A stretch of DNA of 64,000 bases from SAR202 cluster bacterium (GCA_022447825.1 JAKUTY010000006.1:242-64241); one strand, 5' to 3'; shown: positions 19,415 through 28,434, numbered from the stretch's first letter. The notes: generated by a model from the letters alone, not told the origin. Translations and numbers: made by a program.

Positions 19415-20539
19415 ATGAAAATCAAAAATATCAAAGTGAATAGAATCAAAGCTCCTCAAGAAGATAATGCTAGACCTTTTGTAGGAAGACCAGGACAATT
19501 AGTTTTGCAAGTAGAAACAGAAGAAGGGGTAACTGGAATTGCAGAGGCTGGAAGAAACTTAAAAGTTACTCAAGCATACTTAGATGAGTTAATTAATCCT
19601 TTACTTAAAGGTTTAGATCCCACTCGACCAAGACAAATTTGGGAAATGTTAACTCTTGGACATGGACAATATGCTACTAAGTTCCCTTCACAGATTGTTG
19701 GGGCAATAGATGTAGCACTTTGGGATATTTCAGGAAAATCTGCAAACTTGCCCATTTATCAATTATTGGGAGGGGCTGCTAGAACTGAAATACCATTGTA
19801 TTGGAGTAGAGGAAACGGATGGAATAAAACACCTGAAGAAATGTTAGAAGAGGTTCAAGAAGGTTACGACAAGGGATACCGAGCCTTTAAGGTCAGAATG
19901 GACTGGAGAGCTTATAGACAAGACTCAAATCCAGAAAAAGATTTTGCGATTTTCAAAAAATGTCGAGAATGGCTTCCAGATGATTGCCCATTAAGCTTTG
20001 ATGCAAATGCTGGATACTCTGTTCCTACAGCTATTGAACAGGGTAGAAAATTCGAAGAAATAGGAATAGCTCATTTTGAGGAACCACTTCCTCAATATGA
20101 TTTCCCTGGATTAAAACAAGTGGTAGATGCCCTAGATTGTGCTGTCTCCACAGGTGAACAAGAAATTTCTCCTTGGGCATTCAGAGATTTAATTAATTTA
20201 GGAAACCCAGATATACTTCAACCTGACATATTAAACATTGGTGGATTATCAGGAATGATGCGCGTATATGAATTGGCAGTTTTATATAATAAAATTGTGA
20301 TGCCACACGCACCTTATTCAGGTGCAAATTCGACTGCTAGCTTACACTTATATTCAACAATTTCAAATGCGGTACGACCTCACGAAATCTCTGAGGAATT
20401 TACTGGTCCAGTAGAACAAGTTGCTAAACTATTTAAAGAACCAATAGTTCCTAAAAATGGAACAATCACAATTCCCAACAGACCTGGATTAGGACTAGAA
20501 ATTGACGAAAAAGAATTCCAAAAAATGCTCGATGAATAA
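19415..20539 (+). CDS. enolase-superfamily enzyme (mandelate racemase / muconate lactonizing enzyme family)
   Basis: FKVRMDW, FDANAGY, HFEEP and STGEQE motifs, placing the metal ligands at barrel-strand ends. 374 aa. Confidence 0.8.
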   Translation: MKIKNIKVNRIKAPQEDNARPFVGRPGQLVLQVETEEGVTGIAEAGRNLKVTQAYLDELINPLLKGLDPTRPRQIWEMLTLGHGQYATKFPSQIVGAIDVALWDISGKSANLPIYQLLGGAARTEIPLYWSRGNGWNKTPEEMLEEVQEGYDKGYRAFKVRMDWRAYRQDSNPEKDFAIFKKCREWLPDDCPLSFDANAGYSVPTAIEQGRKFEEIGIAHFEEPLPQYDFPGLKQVVDALDCAVSTGEQEISPWAFRDLINLGNPDILQPDILNIGGLSGMMRVYELAVLYNKIVMPHAPYSGANSTASLHLYSTISNAVRPHEISEEFTGPVEQVAKLFKEPIVPKNGTITIPNRPGLGLEIDEKEFQKMLDE

Positions 20540-20557
20540 AGAATAAGGTTTTCAAAA

Positions 20558-22123
20558 ATGAAATATGACACAATTATTATTGGGGCAGGATCTGCTGGCT
20601 CAATTTTAGCAACTAGATTAAGTGAAGATCCCAATAAATCAATCCTGTTGCTAGAAGCTGGACCAGACTATCCAGATATAGATTCTTTACCTGACGAAGT
20701 AAAATTTGGGTACGCAACTGGCACTGAAATTTCCACAAGTGACCATAATTGGCAATATACTGCCCGAGCTACAGATGAAGCTGAAATAGATGTTCCAAGA
20801 GGAAAAGTTACAGGCGGATCAAGCGCTATAAATGGCCAAATATTTCTTAGGGGTATACCTGAAGATTATGACAATTGGTCTGAAATGGGAAATGATTTAT
20901 GGGATTATCAACAAATACTTCCTTATTTAAACAAAATTGAAACAGACACTACCTTTCAAGATAATCCTGGAGATTTTCATGGGAATGCAGGTCCTATTAT
21001 CTGTCATAGATTTCCTAGAAATACTTGGCTACCAGGATCCAATGCTTTTGAAAAAGCATGCCTAGATGCAGGACATCCTTTTTGTGAAGATGCTAACGCA
21101 CCAGGAAGCACCGGAGTAGGCCCTTTACCTTTAAACAATCCAAATGGAATTAGGTGGTCAACTGCTATTGGGTATTTAGGGCTATCCAGGCACAGATTAA
21201 ATTTAACAATTAAAGCAAACGTTGATGTTAAAAAAATTGTATTTGATACTAATGAAAAATGTCCAAAAGCAATAGGAGTTGAAGTAGTTTCTCAGGGCGA
21301 AACATTTTTCATCGAAGGGGAAAACATCATTCTAAGTGCAGGAGCAGTAGTCTCTCCTCAGCTTCTCATGCTGTCTGGAATAGGCCCTCAAACGCACTTG
21401 TCTGAACATAATATAGTCACCATAAAAGACTTACCAGGAGTTGGGCAAAATTTAGCAGACCACCCAATGTTGTATGTCACTTGGAAAACCAAACCAGAAA
21501 TCAATTTAGACCCCTTAGGTCCTAGAATTCAATTAACTTTGAGATACACTGCCCAAAATTCTGAACTTGAAAACGACATGATCGTATATCTGATGGCTGT
21601 AGCAAGTGATAGACCAGAAAGAGGAGGATTAAGATCTAATCCAATAGGTATGCAAGCGAACTTATGTATCAATCTTGCTAAAGGAAAAGGAGAGATTAAA
21701 CTCAATTCTTCTAATTATCAGGATCAACCCTATTTAGATTACAACTACCTCGAAGAAATAGATGACATTGAGCGATTCAAACATGGAATCAAAATGCTAG
21801 TAGATCTAGAAGAACATCCAGAAATGTCAAAAATGATAGAAAAAAGACTTACACCAACAAATCAAGATTTGGAATCAGATGAATCTCTTATTGCTTGGAT
21901 GAAAAAGGACATAACAACAGGCCATCATATTTCGTGTACTAACAAAATGGGCCCCTCATCAGACAAAATGTCTGTTGTAGACCAATTTGGTAAAGTTCAT
22001 GGAGTAGATAATCTGAGAGTAGTGGATGCTTCTATAATGCCAGAATGTGTCCGAGCCAATATAAATGTCACAGTGATGGCTATCGCAGAACGAATATCAG
22101 ATTTTATAAAAACAAATAAATAA
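20558..22123 (+). CDS. GMC family oxidoreductase (choline dehydrogenase-like)
   Basis: N-terminal YDTIIIGAGSAGSILATRLSED FAD fold, GGSSAINGQIF motif, and a C-terminal HHISCTNKMG active-site His region. Confidence 0.85.
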   Translation: MKYDTIIIGAGSAGSILATRLSEDPNKSILLLEAGPDYPDIDSLPDEVKFGYATGTEISTSDHNWQYTARATDEAEIDVPRGKVTGGSSAINGQIFLRGIPEDYDNWSEMGNDLWDYQQILPYLNKIETDTTFQDNPGDFHGNAGPIICHRFPRNTWLPGSNAFEKACLDAGHPFCEDANAPGSTGVGPLPLNNPNGIRWSTAIGYLGLSRHRLNLTIKANVDVKKIVFDTNEKCPKAIGVEVVSQGETFFIEGENIILSAGAVVSPQLLMLSGIGPQTHLSEHNIVTIKDLPGVGQNLADHPMLYVTWKTKPEINLDPLGPRIQLTLRYTAQNSELENDMIVYLMAVASDRPERGGLRSNPIGMQANLCINLAKGKGEIKLNSSNYQDQPYLDYNYLEEIDDIERFKHGIKMLVDLEEHPEMSKMIEKRLTPTNQDLESDESLIAWMKKDITTGHHISCTNKMGPSSDKMSVVDQFGKVHGVDNLRVVDASIMPECVRANINVTVMAIAERISDFIKTNK

Positions 22124-22135
22124 TAAGGAGAATAA

Positions 22136-22513
22136 ATGTCTGAACAATTTGATAAAGGATTTGAAATGAGGAAACAGGTTCTAGGAGATGATTATGTCAA
22201 TAAATCATTTGCCAATGCTTCTGAATTTGATAAACCTTTTCAAGAATTTGTAACCGAATCTGCGTGGGGAGAGGTATGGACTAGAAATGAATTAGACAAT
22301 AAAACAAAAAGTATAATTACAATGTCTGTATTACTTTCTCTAAGAGCAGAAAATGAAATAGCTTTGCATACAAGAGGTGCCGTAAATAATGGGGTTTCAG
22401 CTGAAGAATTAAGAGCAATAGCCATCCATGCCTCAGTATATGCAGGAGTCCCCTCTGCAATCTCTGGAATGAAAATCATCAAGCAAGTATTACAAGAAAT
22501 GGGGAAAATTTAA
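22136..22513 (+). CDS. carboxymuconolactone decarboxylase family protein (PcaC-like)
   Basis: 125 aa. ...WGEVWTRNELDNKTKSIITMSVLLSLRAENEIALHTRGAVNNGVSAEELRAIAIHASVYAGVP is the classic CMD-domain pattern. Confidence 0.8.
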   Translation: MSEQFDKGFEMRKQVLGDDYVNKSFANASEFDKPFQEFVTESAWGEVWTRNELDNKTKSIITMSVLLSLRAENEIALHTRGAVNNGVSAEELRAIAIHASVYAGVPSAISGMKIIKQVLQEMGKI

Positions 22514-22755
22514 TGGATAAAATCAAATTCTACGGAACAATGTGGTGCAGTGATTGCCACAGATCAAAAGAATTTCTTGATACCAATAAAATAGATTATG
22601 AATATACAGATGTAGACGAAAATCAGGAATTTGCAAAATATATAACGAAAATAAATAATGGATTACAAAGAGTTCCTACAATCATCTTCCCAGATGGATC
22701 TATTCTAGTAGAACCTACTAATCAACAACTTGCCGACAAATTACGTATATCTTAA
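22513..22755 (+). CDS. glutaredoxin-like protein (NrdH/mycoredoxin type)
   Basis: 80 aa. FYGTMWCSDCHRSKEFL CxxC motif and a VPTIIFPDG cis-Pro motif. The start overlaps the upstream stop (TAATG). Confidence 0.75.
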   Translation: MDKIKFYGTMWCSDCHRSKEFLDTNKIDYEYTDVDENQEFAKYITKINNGLQRVPTIIFPDGSILVEPTNQQLADKLRIS

Positions 22756-23021
22756 TTAATCAAATCAAATTTCATATCCACCATAGGAAATATTTGAAAA
22801 TTTGCAGGCATAATCTCTGATTGCTGATTCAAATATGTGTGTAGCATGTCATTATCTTCAACATCCCAAATAGCCGCCATTCCTCTACCTGGCCTACCAA
22901 AAAATGATTTGGCATGACCTAAATCTAAAATATTTTGAGCCCATGGCCACATTTTTCTTCTTTGTATAACTACATCAGATGGCCTAGTGGGTTCTGGAGT
23001 AGCAATTACCAAAAATAACAT
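22752..23021 (-). CDS. muconolactone isomerase-like small alpha/beta-barrel protein (paralog 2)
   Basis: 89 aa. MLFLV...GRGMAAIWDVEDNDMLHTYLN...MP..FQIFPMVD resembles the layout of muconolactone delta-isomerase by eye. Translationally coupled to the upstream paralog (TAATG). Confidence 0.45.
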   Translation of the reverse strand: MLFLVIATPEPTRPSDVVIQRRKMWPWAQNILDLGHAKSFFGRPGRGMAAIWDVEDNDMLHTYLNQQSEIMPANFQIFPMVDMKFDLIN

Positions 23022-23305
23022 TAATCATTGCTGCCCAAAAAAGCTGTGATCTGAGCAGTATCCAACAAAGGAAAAATTTCAAATGTAGCAGGCATAATAT
23101 CTGACCATTCATTTAATAATCTATGGAGAGTTTCATTACTATCAACGTCAAAAATCCCAACCCCACCTCTTCCAGTACGAGCATAAAATTCTCGGGCTAA
23201 TCCAGAATCTTTTTGTTTCTGTGCCCATGGCCAAAATTTTTTTCTTTGTTCTATTACTTCTGAAGGTCTTTGCAAAGCAGGAGAACTAACAACCAAAAAT
23301 ATCAT
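23021..23305 (-). CDS. muconolactone isomerase-like small alpha/beta-barrel protein (paralog 1)
   Basis: 94 aa. MIFLVV...GRGGVGIFDVDSNETLHRLLNEWSDIMPATFEIFPLLD, clearly paralogous to the ORF at 22752..23021. Confidence 0.45.
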   Translation of the reverse strand: MIFLVVSSPALQRPSEVIEQRKKFWPWAQKQKDSGLAREFYARTGRGGVGIFDVDSNETLHRLLNEWSDIMPATFEIFPLLDTAQITAFLGSND

Positions 23306-23347
23306 ATTAAATCCTTGTAATTTTTCGTCATAATATTGGATTTGAAA

Positions 23348-24097
23348 TTAAATAGAAATAGTTAATCCTTGCTCGCCAATAACTATTTCGCCAGAATACT
23401 TTTCTGAGGCTTCTTTTCTACACAATTCTCTATCACTAGTTGCCCAAAAATGAGTTAATACTAATTTTTTCACATTACATGACTGAGCTAATTCGCCAGC
23501 CTCTGAAGAAAACAAATGGTTAATAGGTTGATGAATTGGAGCCCCACCCCCCAAAGCATTTTCAGAAAGAAAAACATCTACATCTTTCAAGTTATGTCTT
23601 AACGAGTCACATAATTTTGTGTCAGAACTATAAACAAGGGTTTTATTATTATGAGTAACTTTCATTCCATGGGACAATACCGAATGTTCTACAAGAAATG
23701 GTTGAATAGTAATGTCATCAAAATGATATTCGCCTTCATCATATTCTTCTAAATTAAATGCCCTTTCAAAAAAAGGCTTTGTCTCAGATAAAGAAGATGA
23801 TAGTTGATTTAAATAATTAATAGCTGACTTAGGTACATAAACATTTAATCTATCTTTAAAATCACCATACCTCATCGCATATCTCATAGAGATCAAATCA
23901 ATAAAATGATCTGGGTGCATATGACTAATAAAAACAGCGTCTAATTCATTAAAATTCACAATTTTTTGTAAATAAGAAAAGACCCCACTTCCACAATCTA
24001 TAAGAATATTTTTATGTTTGGACTGAATCAAATATCCCGAACATGCATCACCTTTTAAAGGGTATGCTCCCGAAGTTCCTAATAAAGTGAGATTCAA
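23348..24097 (-). CDS. MBL-fold metallo-hydrolase
   Basis: FISHMHPDH (HxHxDH) motif, about 250 aa. TTG start. Confidence 0.8.
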   Translation of the reverse strand: MNLTLLGTSGAYPLKGDACSGYLIQSKHKNILIDCGSGVFSYLQKIVNFNELDAVFISHMHPDHFIDLISMRYAMRYGDFKDRLNVYVPKSAINYLNQLSSSLSETKPFFERAFNLEEYDEGEYHFDDITIQPFLVEHSVLSHGMKVTHNNKTLVYSSDTKLCDSLRHNLKDVDVFLSENALGGGAPIHQPINHLFSSEAGELAQSCNVKKLVLTHFWATSDRELCRKEASEKYSGEIVIGEQGLTISI

Positions 24098-24103
24098 TGA
24101 TGT

Positions 24104-25240
24104 CTACCACTGGACGAACATGGGCATTACTACATGAGTATATCCAGGCTTACTAATAGATCTTAAAACTCCTGGACTAGATGCCCCTGTCATTTCAAAA
24201 ACTACCTCACCATCACCCAACACATCTAAAACATCTGCTAAATATTTATTATTAAACGCAATCCGGGACTCCTCATCTACCTCGCCTTCGACTCTCGCAT
24301 CAATTTCTCCTTGATTTTCACCAAGTTCTTCAGCTCTCGAGGATATTGATAATCCTGCAGAGTCTCCATTATTAACAATTTGAATTCTGACAATTCCACT
24401 TCCATCTCTTGCAAAAATAGATGCTGTTTTGACAGCATTTGTAAAGTCAGACAGATCCGCCAATACTTGATTTTTATAATTTTCTGGAATTAATGATCGA
24501 TAATTAGGAAATGATCCCGGCATTAATTGGGACACTATTTCAACATTTCCAATGTTAAACAAAGCGTGAGTTCCAGCAGGAGTAACTATAAATTCAACTG
24601 GAGAAGAATCAGTTCCAATTAATCTTCCAATCTCCTGCATAGACCTAGCGGGAATGATGAATTCAAAATTATCATCAATTGAATCAACTAATTTACCTTG
24701 ATATACAGCCAATCTAAATCCATCGGCTGCAGCAAAAGTAAAATCATCATTGTTGACTTCAACCTTAATCCCAGTCAAAACAGGCCTAGAATCTTCAGTA
24801 GCAGCAGCAAAAGCAACATAATCAACTGTTTCTTTTAATATTTGGGGATCAATTTTAATAGTAGAACCTTCATCCACTGTAGGAATTGGGGGGAATTCTG
24901 CAGGATCAGTACCATTGATATTAGCTTCAAACCTCAAACACTTTAAACTGACACTCATCAAATCTGCAGATGATTCTATATCTATACGATCATCAGGAAG
25001 CGTATTCACAAAGTCTGTGAGCAATCTAGCTGGAATAGTAATTTCACCTTCTTCTTCAATCTGTGCACCAATCTTTGTAGTAATGGCGATATCCAAATTA
25101 GTTCCAGTCAAAACTAACATATCATTTTGAGTAGAAATTTTCACATTTTGAAGTACCGGCAAATTACTTCTAGTAGCTACAGCACGACCAACTATTGCTA
25201 ATCCTCTACTTAAGTTCTGTTGAAGGCAGGAAATCTTCAT
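24104..25240 (-). CDS. dnaN: DNA polymerase III beta sliding clamp
   Basis: MKISCLQQNLSRGLAIVGRAVATRSNLPVLQNVKI... with a three-domain length (378 aa) and a C-terminal ...VVMPMFV tail typical of DnaN. Confidence 0.9.
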   Translation of the reverse strand: MKISCLQQNLSRGLAIVGRAVATRSNLPVLQNVKISTQNDMLVLTGTNLDIAITTKIGAQIEEEGEITIPARLLTDFVNTLPDDRIDIESSADLMSVSLKCLRFEANINGTDPAEFPPIPTVDEGSTIKIDPQILKETVDYVAFAAATEDSRPVLTGIKVEVNNDDFTFAAADGFRLAVYQGKLVDSIDDNFEFIIPARSMQEIGRLIGTDSSPVEFIVTPAGTHALFNIGNVEIVSQLMPGSFPNYRSLIPENYKNQVLADLSDFTNAVKTASIFARDGSGIVRIQIVNNGDSAGLSISSRAEELGENQGEIDARVEGEVDEESRIAFNNKYLADVLDVLGDGEVVFEMTGASSPGVLRSISKPGYTHVVMPMFVQW

Positions 25241-25350
25241 AATAACCTCAATTATATTGAGAATAGTATATTGATGGAAATATACATCGTCAACGATTAC
25301 ACAACATATTGTTTTAAGATTTTTTTAAACCACTATGTAAAGCATTTTAA

Positions 25351-26133
25351 CTAATAAATATAAGCTAGAAACTCAATCTCTAATGTAATTTCATCTTCTA
25401 ATGAAATAATAAATGGGAATGTAGGTTTTGATAAATTAAATTCATCCCATGTGATCACAGTTGAACCTAATCCAGAAACTTCAGAAGCATTAAATATCAA
25501 ATCAGTTTCCCATTGGGTAGTTTTTGAAATACCAGAAATTGTTAAATCACCAATAATTTCAATAGTCTCTGTACCATCGTCGGGTAACGGCCATGGTAAA
25601 CCAGAAATTTGTTGGATTTGTAATGACACTTCTTGGCCTATGCCAGAGTTTCTTAATACCCACCTGTCTCTTCTATCTTCATCACTTTTAAGAGCAGTAA
25701 CATCAACCAATATATTGGATTGATTTGAAACTTTACCTGTCTTATCTAAATATATTGATCCGGAAACTGAACCTGTTTCTCCCGTAGCAGTGATTGGCAA
25801 AGGCAACCTTACAAGTTCTTCACCAATTTTATACCTAGCCTTAGAGGAAGGGTCTATTGAAATTTCAATATTATCCTGCAATTTACTAGCAATTTCTTCT
25901 ATTTGTGAAGATTGATCTGCAATAACAACATCGATAGTAGGAGTTGGGATTATTTTTTCAACAGTTGGTATTACCGTTTCTAAAGGTGAATTTAGAGGCA
26001 ATATTGTAGAAACTGGTTCACTTTGATCAGCAGTGCTTACTTGTGGATTACTATCAATTTCAGAACATGAAACTAACAATATTCCCAACAAGAAATTGAT
26101 TAACAAGAAATTACTAATATTTTTAGTTTTCAA
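25351..26133 (-). CDS. YceI-like domain lipoprotein
   Basis: Signal peptide with an LLVSC lipobox. C-terminal domain carries VDVTALKSDEDRRDRWVL and GDLTISGISKTTQWE, resembling YceI motifs. Confidence 0.55.
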   Translation of the reverse strand: MKTKNISNFLLINFLLGILLVSCSEIDSNPQVSTADQSEPVSTILPLNSPLETVIPTVEKIIPTPTIDVVIADQSSQIEEIASKLQDNIEISIDPSSKARYKIGEELVRLPLPITATGETGSVSGSIYLDKTGKVSNQSNILVDVTALKSDEDRRDRWVLRNSGIGQEVSLQIQQISGLPWPLPDDGTETIEIIGDLTISGISKTTQWETDLIFNASEVSGLGSTVITWDEFNLSKPTFPFIISLEDEITLEIEFLAYIY

Positions 26134-26144
26134 TTCAATCCTAT

Positions 26145-26633
26145 TTACTGAACTGTAATTGTACCAACCATTCCTAATGTCTCATGAGGAACACAAATCA
26201 ATGTATAAACACCGGGTTTATCAAAAGTGAAAGTTAATGTGTCTGTCTCACCACCTTCAACTTCAACTTCAATTCCTAAATCATCCACAACAAAAGAATG
26301 GAATTCAGTTTCAGAAGATATGTTAAATTGAACTGTTTCACCAGTAGAAAATGTTAAATCACCTGGTTCAAATACATAATTTCCACCTGCATCATTCATT
26401 GCTACATCAACAACTTTATCAGCTGTGGCCGTAGAACCAGATGTTGATGAACTAGAAACAGATGTTGATGGTGCAGGAGCCGGAGGAGGAGCCATAGCTG
26501 AAGCAGAAGAAGTGCTTGTTTGAGGAATCGGATCTGGATCTACAGCATCATGGTCATCATTTTGAGGAACACATGCCGCAAAAATCATTAAAATACTCAT
26601 CAAAGAAATTACACTAAACAACTTTGTCATCAA
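26145..26633 (-). CDS. cupredoxin (plastocyanin/amicyanin-like type-1 copper) lipoprotein
   Basis: Signal peptide with an IFAAC lipobox, a Ser/Pro/Ala-rich linker, an upstream His (EFHSF), and C-terminal type-1 Cu ligands in LICVPHETLGM (C-x2-H-x4-M). Confidence 0.8.
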   Translation of the reverse strand: MMTKLFSVISLMSILMIFAACVPQNDDHDAVDPDPIPQTSTSSASAMAPPPAPAPSTSVSSSSTSGSTATADKVVDVAMNDAGGNYVFEPGDLTFSTGETVQFNISSETEFHSFVVDDLGIEVEVEGGETDTLTFTFDKPGVYTLICVPHETLGMVGTITVQ

Positions 26634-26739
26634 TTACTCCTTAGTAATAACTGTCATGTAAATAGCGTAGCATCAAAGTTTTTAAGTGGTCAACGAAGAA
26701 ATTTGGAATATTAAGTATCTAAAAGAGTGTATAAAGAGG

Positions 26740-26768
26740 TTGAATACGCACTTATGTTCTGATAATAT
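26740..26768 (+). promoter_or_regulatory. putative sigma70-type promoter of lexA
   Basis: TTGAAT (26740..26745), a 17-nt spacer, then TAATAT (26763..26768), about 45 nt upstream of the lexA ATG. Confidence 0.35.
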
Positions 26769-26779
26769 GTTCCGAACAT
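26767..26779. promoter_or_regulatory. perfect palindrome ATGTTC-C-GAACAT, candidate LexA operator
   Basis: 13-bp perfect inverted repeat overlapping the end of the putative -10 element. It contains the GTTC/GAAC tetranucleotides found in known SOS boxes. Confidence 0.4.
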
Positions 26780-26811
26780 TAGTGCTTAAATTATATATTT
26801 TGGAGAAAATA

Positions 26812-27456
26812 ATGAAAAGACCTCTGTCCAAAAGACAACAAGAAATGCTCGCATATATTAAAAATTTTATGCAAACCAACAATTATCCTCCTACAGTAAG
26901 AGACATACAAAATGGGTGCGAAATCAGTTCGACTTCAGTAGTTGATTACAACCTTCAAATCTTACAAAGAGAAGGTCATTTAGCAAGAAAACGAGACGTA
27001 TCAAGAGGCTTAGAATTACTAGGTGAAGCTGCAAGCCACTCGTTGAGAAGTTTAGTTAATGTCCCAATTCTTGGAAATATAGCTGCCGGAGAACCTCTAT
27101 CATTGCAGGGAACTGGTCCATGGAATAATGAGGATTTTGATAATGTCGATATTCCACCATTTTTGACTAAAAATAAAGAAAATGTATTCGGTCTACGAGT
27201 CAAAGGAGAATCGATGATTGATGCGTTAGTTGGAGACGGTGACTTAGTCTTATTAGAGCCAATCACAAAGCCTAACAATGGTGATATGGTAGCTGCATGG
27301 CTTGAAGATAGAGAAGAAGCAACCCTAAAGCACTTTTATTTGGAAGGGAATAAAGTCAGGCTTGTACCTGCCAATTCTATGATGCAACCCATTACTGTTT
27401 CAGCATCTAATGTAGCAGTAAAAGGTAGAGTAGTTGGAGTAATGAGAACGATGTAA
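26812..27456 (+). CDS. lexA: LexA repressor
   Basis: MKRPLSKRQQEMLAYIKNFMQTNNYPPTVRDIQ winged-helix N-terminus, VKGESMIDALVGDGDLVLL catalytic Ser region, and a downstream Lys (ATLKHF). The start was chosen at ATG 26812 with a GGAG SD. Confidence 0.9.
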   Translation: MKRPLSKRQQEMLAYIKNFMQTNNYPPTVRDIQNGCEISSTSVVDYNLQILQREGHLARKRDVSRGLELLGEAASHSLRSLVNVPILGNIAAGEPLSLQGTGPWNNEDFDNVDIPPFLTKNKENVFGLRVKGESMIDALVGDGDLVLLEPITKPNNGDMVAAWLEDREEATLKHFYLEGNKVRLVPANSMMQPITVSASNVAVKGRVVGVMRTM

Positions 27457-27519
27457 ATAATTCCATCACTTTTACACAAATGTTTTTTGTAAAAACTTAT
27501 TTTATAATGAACACCTTGT

Positions 27520-27605
27520 GCCGAAGTGGCGGAATGGTAGACGCGCCGGTCTCAAACACCGGTGAGGTAACACTCGTGTGAGTTCGAGTCTCACCTTCGG
27601 CACCA
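27520..27605 (+). tRNA. tRNA-Leu (anticodon CAA), CCA encoded
   Basis: Hand-folded. Acceptor GCCGAAG/CTTCGGC, anticodon stem CCGGT/ACCGG with loop CTCAAAC, a long variable arm, T-arm GTGAG-TTCGAGT-CTCAC, and a 3' ACCA. Confidence 0.9.
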
Positions 27606-27630
27606 AATAAATTAAAGTAACGGAGGTAAA

Positions 27631-28386
27631 ATGAATTCAATTAAAGAACTTATCAAATCAGGAAAAACTGCAATTGGTACTAGCGGAACCCCTAACGCTG
27701 AAAATGCTGCAATGCTTGCAGATTCAGGATTAGACTTTATCTTATTTGATACACAACATTCACCAGTATCAGACCCCAAACAATACGCAGAAGCAGTTAA
27801 AGCAATGTCAGGGAAAAAAGCTGCACCAATTGTAAGGGTAAGTACTAATCAACCAAATCAAATTTGTTTTGCTCTAGATATAGGCGCTAGAGGAATTATT
27901 GTACCTATGGTTAACACTAAGGAACAAATGGTAGCTATGATGAGAGCCTGCCAATATTCTCCTCTCGGAGATAGAAGTAATGCAGGAGTTAGAGGAGAAT
28001 GGGGAGAAACTTCTAATTACAAAGAATATATTGACAGAGTCAATGAAGAACTTTTAATAGTCCCTATGATTGAAACACAACAAGCTATCAATAATATTGA
28101 TGAAATTTTAAGCGTTCCGGGAGTTGATGTATTACTAATCGGACCTTCAGATTTATCTATTGAATTAGGAGTCCCATTAGAATACGAAAGTGATACTTAC
28201 CAAGCTGGTTTAGATAAAATTGCTGCAGCTTGTAAAAAACATAATGTAGTTCCTGGCATGTACTTCATTCCTCCTGAAATGGATCCTAACTTTTTTGTAG
28301 AAAAAGGATTTAAATTCTTTACTATGCCTTGGGCCACATGGGCTTCACAAGGAATTCAAAATGGAATTAGTTCCATCAATAGATAA
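27631..28386 (+). CDS. HpcH/HpaI family aldolase
   Basis: DFILFDTQHSP, IVRVSTNQPNQICFALDIGARGIIVPMVNTKEQ and LLIGPSDLSIELG motifs. 251 aa. Confidence 0.75.
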   Translation: MNSIKELIKSGKTAIGTSGTPNAENAAMLADSGLDFILFDTQHSPVSDPKQYAEAVKAMSGKKAAPIVRVSTNQPNQICFALDIGARGIIVPMVNTKEQMVAMMRACQYSPLGDRSNAGVRGEWGETSNYKEYIDRVNEELLIVPMIETQQAINNIDEILSVPGVDVLLIGPSDLSIELGVPLEYESDTYQAGLDKIAAACKKHNVVPGMYFIPPEMDPNFFVEKGFKFFTMPWATWASQGIQNGISSINR

Positions 28387-28401
28387 TTTTTACTGAATAT
28401 C

Positions 28402-28434
28402 ATCGACAGCGTATTTTAAAAATACGCTGTCGAT
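28402..28434. other. perfect 16-bp inverted repeat (hairpin) downstream of the aldolase gene
   Basis: ATCGACAGCGTATTTT-A-AAAATACGCTGTCGAT. No T-tract follows, so it is not a canonical terminator. Confidence 0.6.

Noticed and set aside
24104-25350. dnaN as a marker of the replication origin
   Set aside because: No dnaA gene is adjacent. I could not find clustered TTATCCACA-like DnaA boxes or an AT-rich unwinding element in the 110-nt upstream spacer.
26748-26759. Gram-positive-type SOS (Cheo) box GAAC-N4-GTTC upstream of lexA
   Set aside because: Only an imperfect version is present (GAAC-ATAA-GTGC on the minus strand, one mismatch in a core tetranucleotide). I kept it as a note under the lexA finding rather than as a feature.
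26686-26811. N-terminal 42-codon extension of the lexA ORF in the track (MVNEEIWNIKYLKE...)
   Set aside because: The extension covers the likely promoter and operator and has no SD. The ATG at 26812 follows GGAG and begins the canonical LexA N-terminus (MKRPLSKRQQEML...).
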